Notes under the pieces: model-generated
Seen by the model: only the letters and a program-made list of their open reading frames with translations
Databases searched by the model: none
Told to the model about the DNA's origin: nothing
NCBI GenBank assembly: GCA_048213135.1
Contig: PS015240.1
Location: 1 to 48,502, forward strand
Origin: Reclinomonas americana ATCC 50394
Taxonomy: Eukaryota
Direction: 5' to 3'
DNA: 48,502 bases
Part shown: positions 46,708-48,502 of the stretch, piece after piece
Layout of the letters: each line of letters starts with the position of its first letter
How positions within the stretch are numbered: position 1 is the first letter of the stretch
Translations under genes and position numbers: made by a program

Positions 46708-48502
46708 GCACTTGATCGAGAATGATGTCGCGGGTGATGAGGAGGAGGGACACCGCTGGACGACGCAGAGAGGCCTGCACTGTGTTGTGAGCACGCTGAA
46801 TCGTGAACGTAGAATGCACGAAGTGAGTGGTGTACCTGATGCGGCGGAACGATGCCTTTCGATTTTCGATCCAGCGGCTGGCGAGCTCGGCAAGGCGGCT
46901 GCAGTGGCGTGAGTTGGATGAGTGAAGGGAGTGTGCTCTCTTAGTTAGCGAACCTGAGGCTGCTGCATTGAGAGAGTGAGTGATGATGATACGTAGACGA
47001 GCAATGTGACTGCCACACACCAGATGACTTCTCCGCCGAGGAGTTCGAGGGTGAGCTGGGCAATGCTCCTCCTGGATAAAAAGGTGAGCTGTTGCACTTC
47101 AATAATAGCTTTCATGCAGGCCAGCTAACCGGATGAAGCTGTGCAAGGAATGCCAGAAGCAGGTCAGAATCAGGTGTGTTTATGGAATGGGATACACAAG
47201 GATCAACACGGACCTGGGTAAGCACACAATGAGCTCATCAATACCACGCAAGAACGAAACAAAGGATCAACACACACGGATACCTGCAGCTTGTGAAGGC
47301 ACACTAGCGCGTCTTGGATGCAGTGATTCGTCGTCAGTGGCATTAATGGACGCACTGGATCGTCGTTGCTCCAACGAACTCGCTGCACGGCGGCACCGCA
47401 TGAGACACAACGCACATTCCACCATCACCGACAGGTCCAAACTCACCGACATCAGCAGGCCGCGCAGCCTCTTGTGGCGTGGCGCTGGCGCTGGCCATCA
47501 ATGCACTCGCCGATGGAGCGTTGGAGCCTGGTAACAGAGAGTAAGACTAAGAGGCACACATTTTCCAGAATGAGACAGTCAGCTGGCCAGCACACCTGAA
47601 AACGATCCCTCCACCACGCGTTTGCCGCCGACACCTGCGACGAGAGGAATGAGAGGAGTCGGTGCTGCGGTTGGCGATGGCTGCACAGACCGGCCACCAG
47701 CCCAGAAGGAGCGCTGGCTCCCTTGACGAGGCGCGCCGGTGGTGGTGGTCGCACGGGTGTGCTGTCAATCTCGGCGGTGACTGCAGCGGGGAAGGTGAGG
47801 GGAATGCGAGAACGACAGACGAAAAAGAGAGGGTGAGAAATGCTCACCGGTGTTCGAAGTGGCGATGCTGTGGCGTGGCTCTGCTGCACAAAGAAAGAGA
47901 AAGAGGGAGAGATGAGAATCGGGAAAGAGGAAGGGGGGAAAGGGAAACAGGAGAGGTGGCAGAGGGGTAAGATAAACACACCGGTATTCGCGGTGGTGAT
48001 GCCGTGGCGCGAGTCTGCAAAAAGAGAGAGAAGGACACGACGTGAGATGAGAAACGAGAAAGAGTGAGGGGAAAAGGAAAACAAGAGAGGAGGCAGAGAG
48101 AACATGTGGCGCATGAGAAAAACGCACCTGCATTCGCAGTGGCGATGCTGTGGCGCGGCTCTGTAGATAGATAGATAGAGAAAGAGAGAGAGAGAGGGAG
48201 AGTGAGTGAAACGGAAAGTGAAAGAGAGAGAAAGGGACAGAGAAGAGATAGACTCGTTTTTGAGATGAGGAACAGGAAAGAGAGAAAGAGGAGGCACCGA
48301 GAACTTGTGGTGGATGAGAATAACGCACCGGTGTCCACAGTGGCCATGCTATGGCGCGGCTCTGCAGGAAGAGAAAGAGACTCGTCGTGAGGTGAGTCAC
48401 GAATATCGCCGAAAAATACAAAGGTAGATACCAACCAATCGCAATTGCATCATGATCCACCACCACCTCCCTCTCTTCGCCATCATCGCCGCCCTCCAAC
48501 AC
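46708..48502 (-). CDS. Series of short phase-1 exons, probably the low-complexity N-terminus of the kinase-RING gene (5' partial)
   Basis: Many YAG...GT bounded blocks that stay open in phase 1, including four 33-nt repeats (48361-48329, 48160-48128, 48014-47982, 47880-47848). The link to the kinase across the N gap 45408-46386 is inferred. Confidence 0.55.

Overview
Gene-dense, GC-rich, intron-rich eukaryotic (protist-like) draft sequence with many N gaps and (CT)n/(CA)n microsatellites. The standard genetic code fits every gene I reconstructed. Manual splicing gives RPAP2/Rtr1 (-), RAD51D (+), an uncharacterised membrane-anchored protein (-), CSN3 (-), PEN-2 (+), mitochondrial uL23 (-), an LRR+RAMA-like fusion (-), a divergent actin (-), three intronless Gln-rich paralogues (+) and a coiled-coil/Pelle-like kinase/RING gene (-). 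The dominant feature is a family of 12 intronless genes in two arrays (7908-16623 and 30705-37081). The gap-free copies encode seven near-identical 42-aa WD40 blades, variable at a few positions, plus a conserved ~60-aa C-terminal tail I cannot assign. Every member is preceded by an inverted repeat: GTCC-N10-GGAC at 10 of 11 sites (one arm reads GTCA), and an N5 form shared by the head-to-head pair. This looks like a co-regulated, diversifying receptor/adaptor repertoire. Splicing is also unusual: an apparently obligatory AT-AC intron in PEN-2, ten GTTG(C/A)G shifted-register donors, and 4-33 nt micro-exons. All family assignments are by eye from remembered motifs; no database searches were run.
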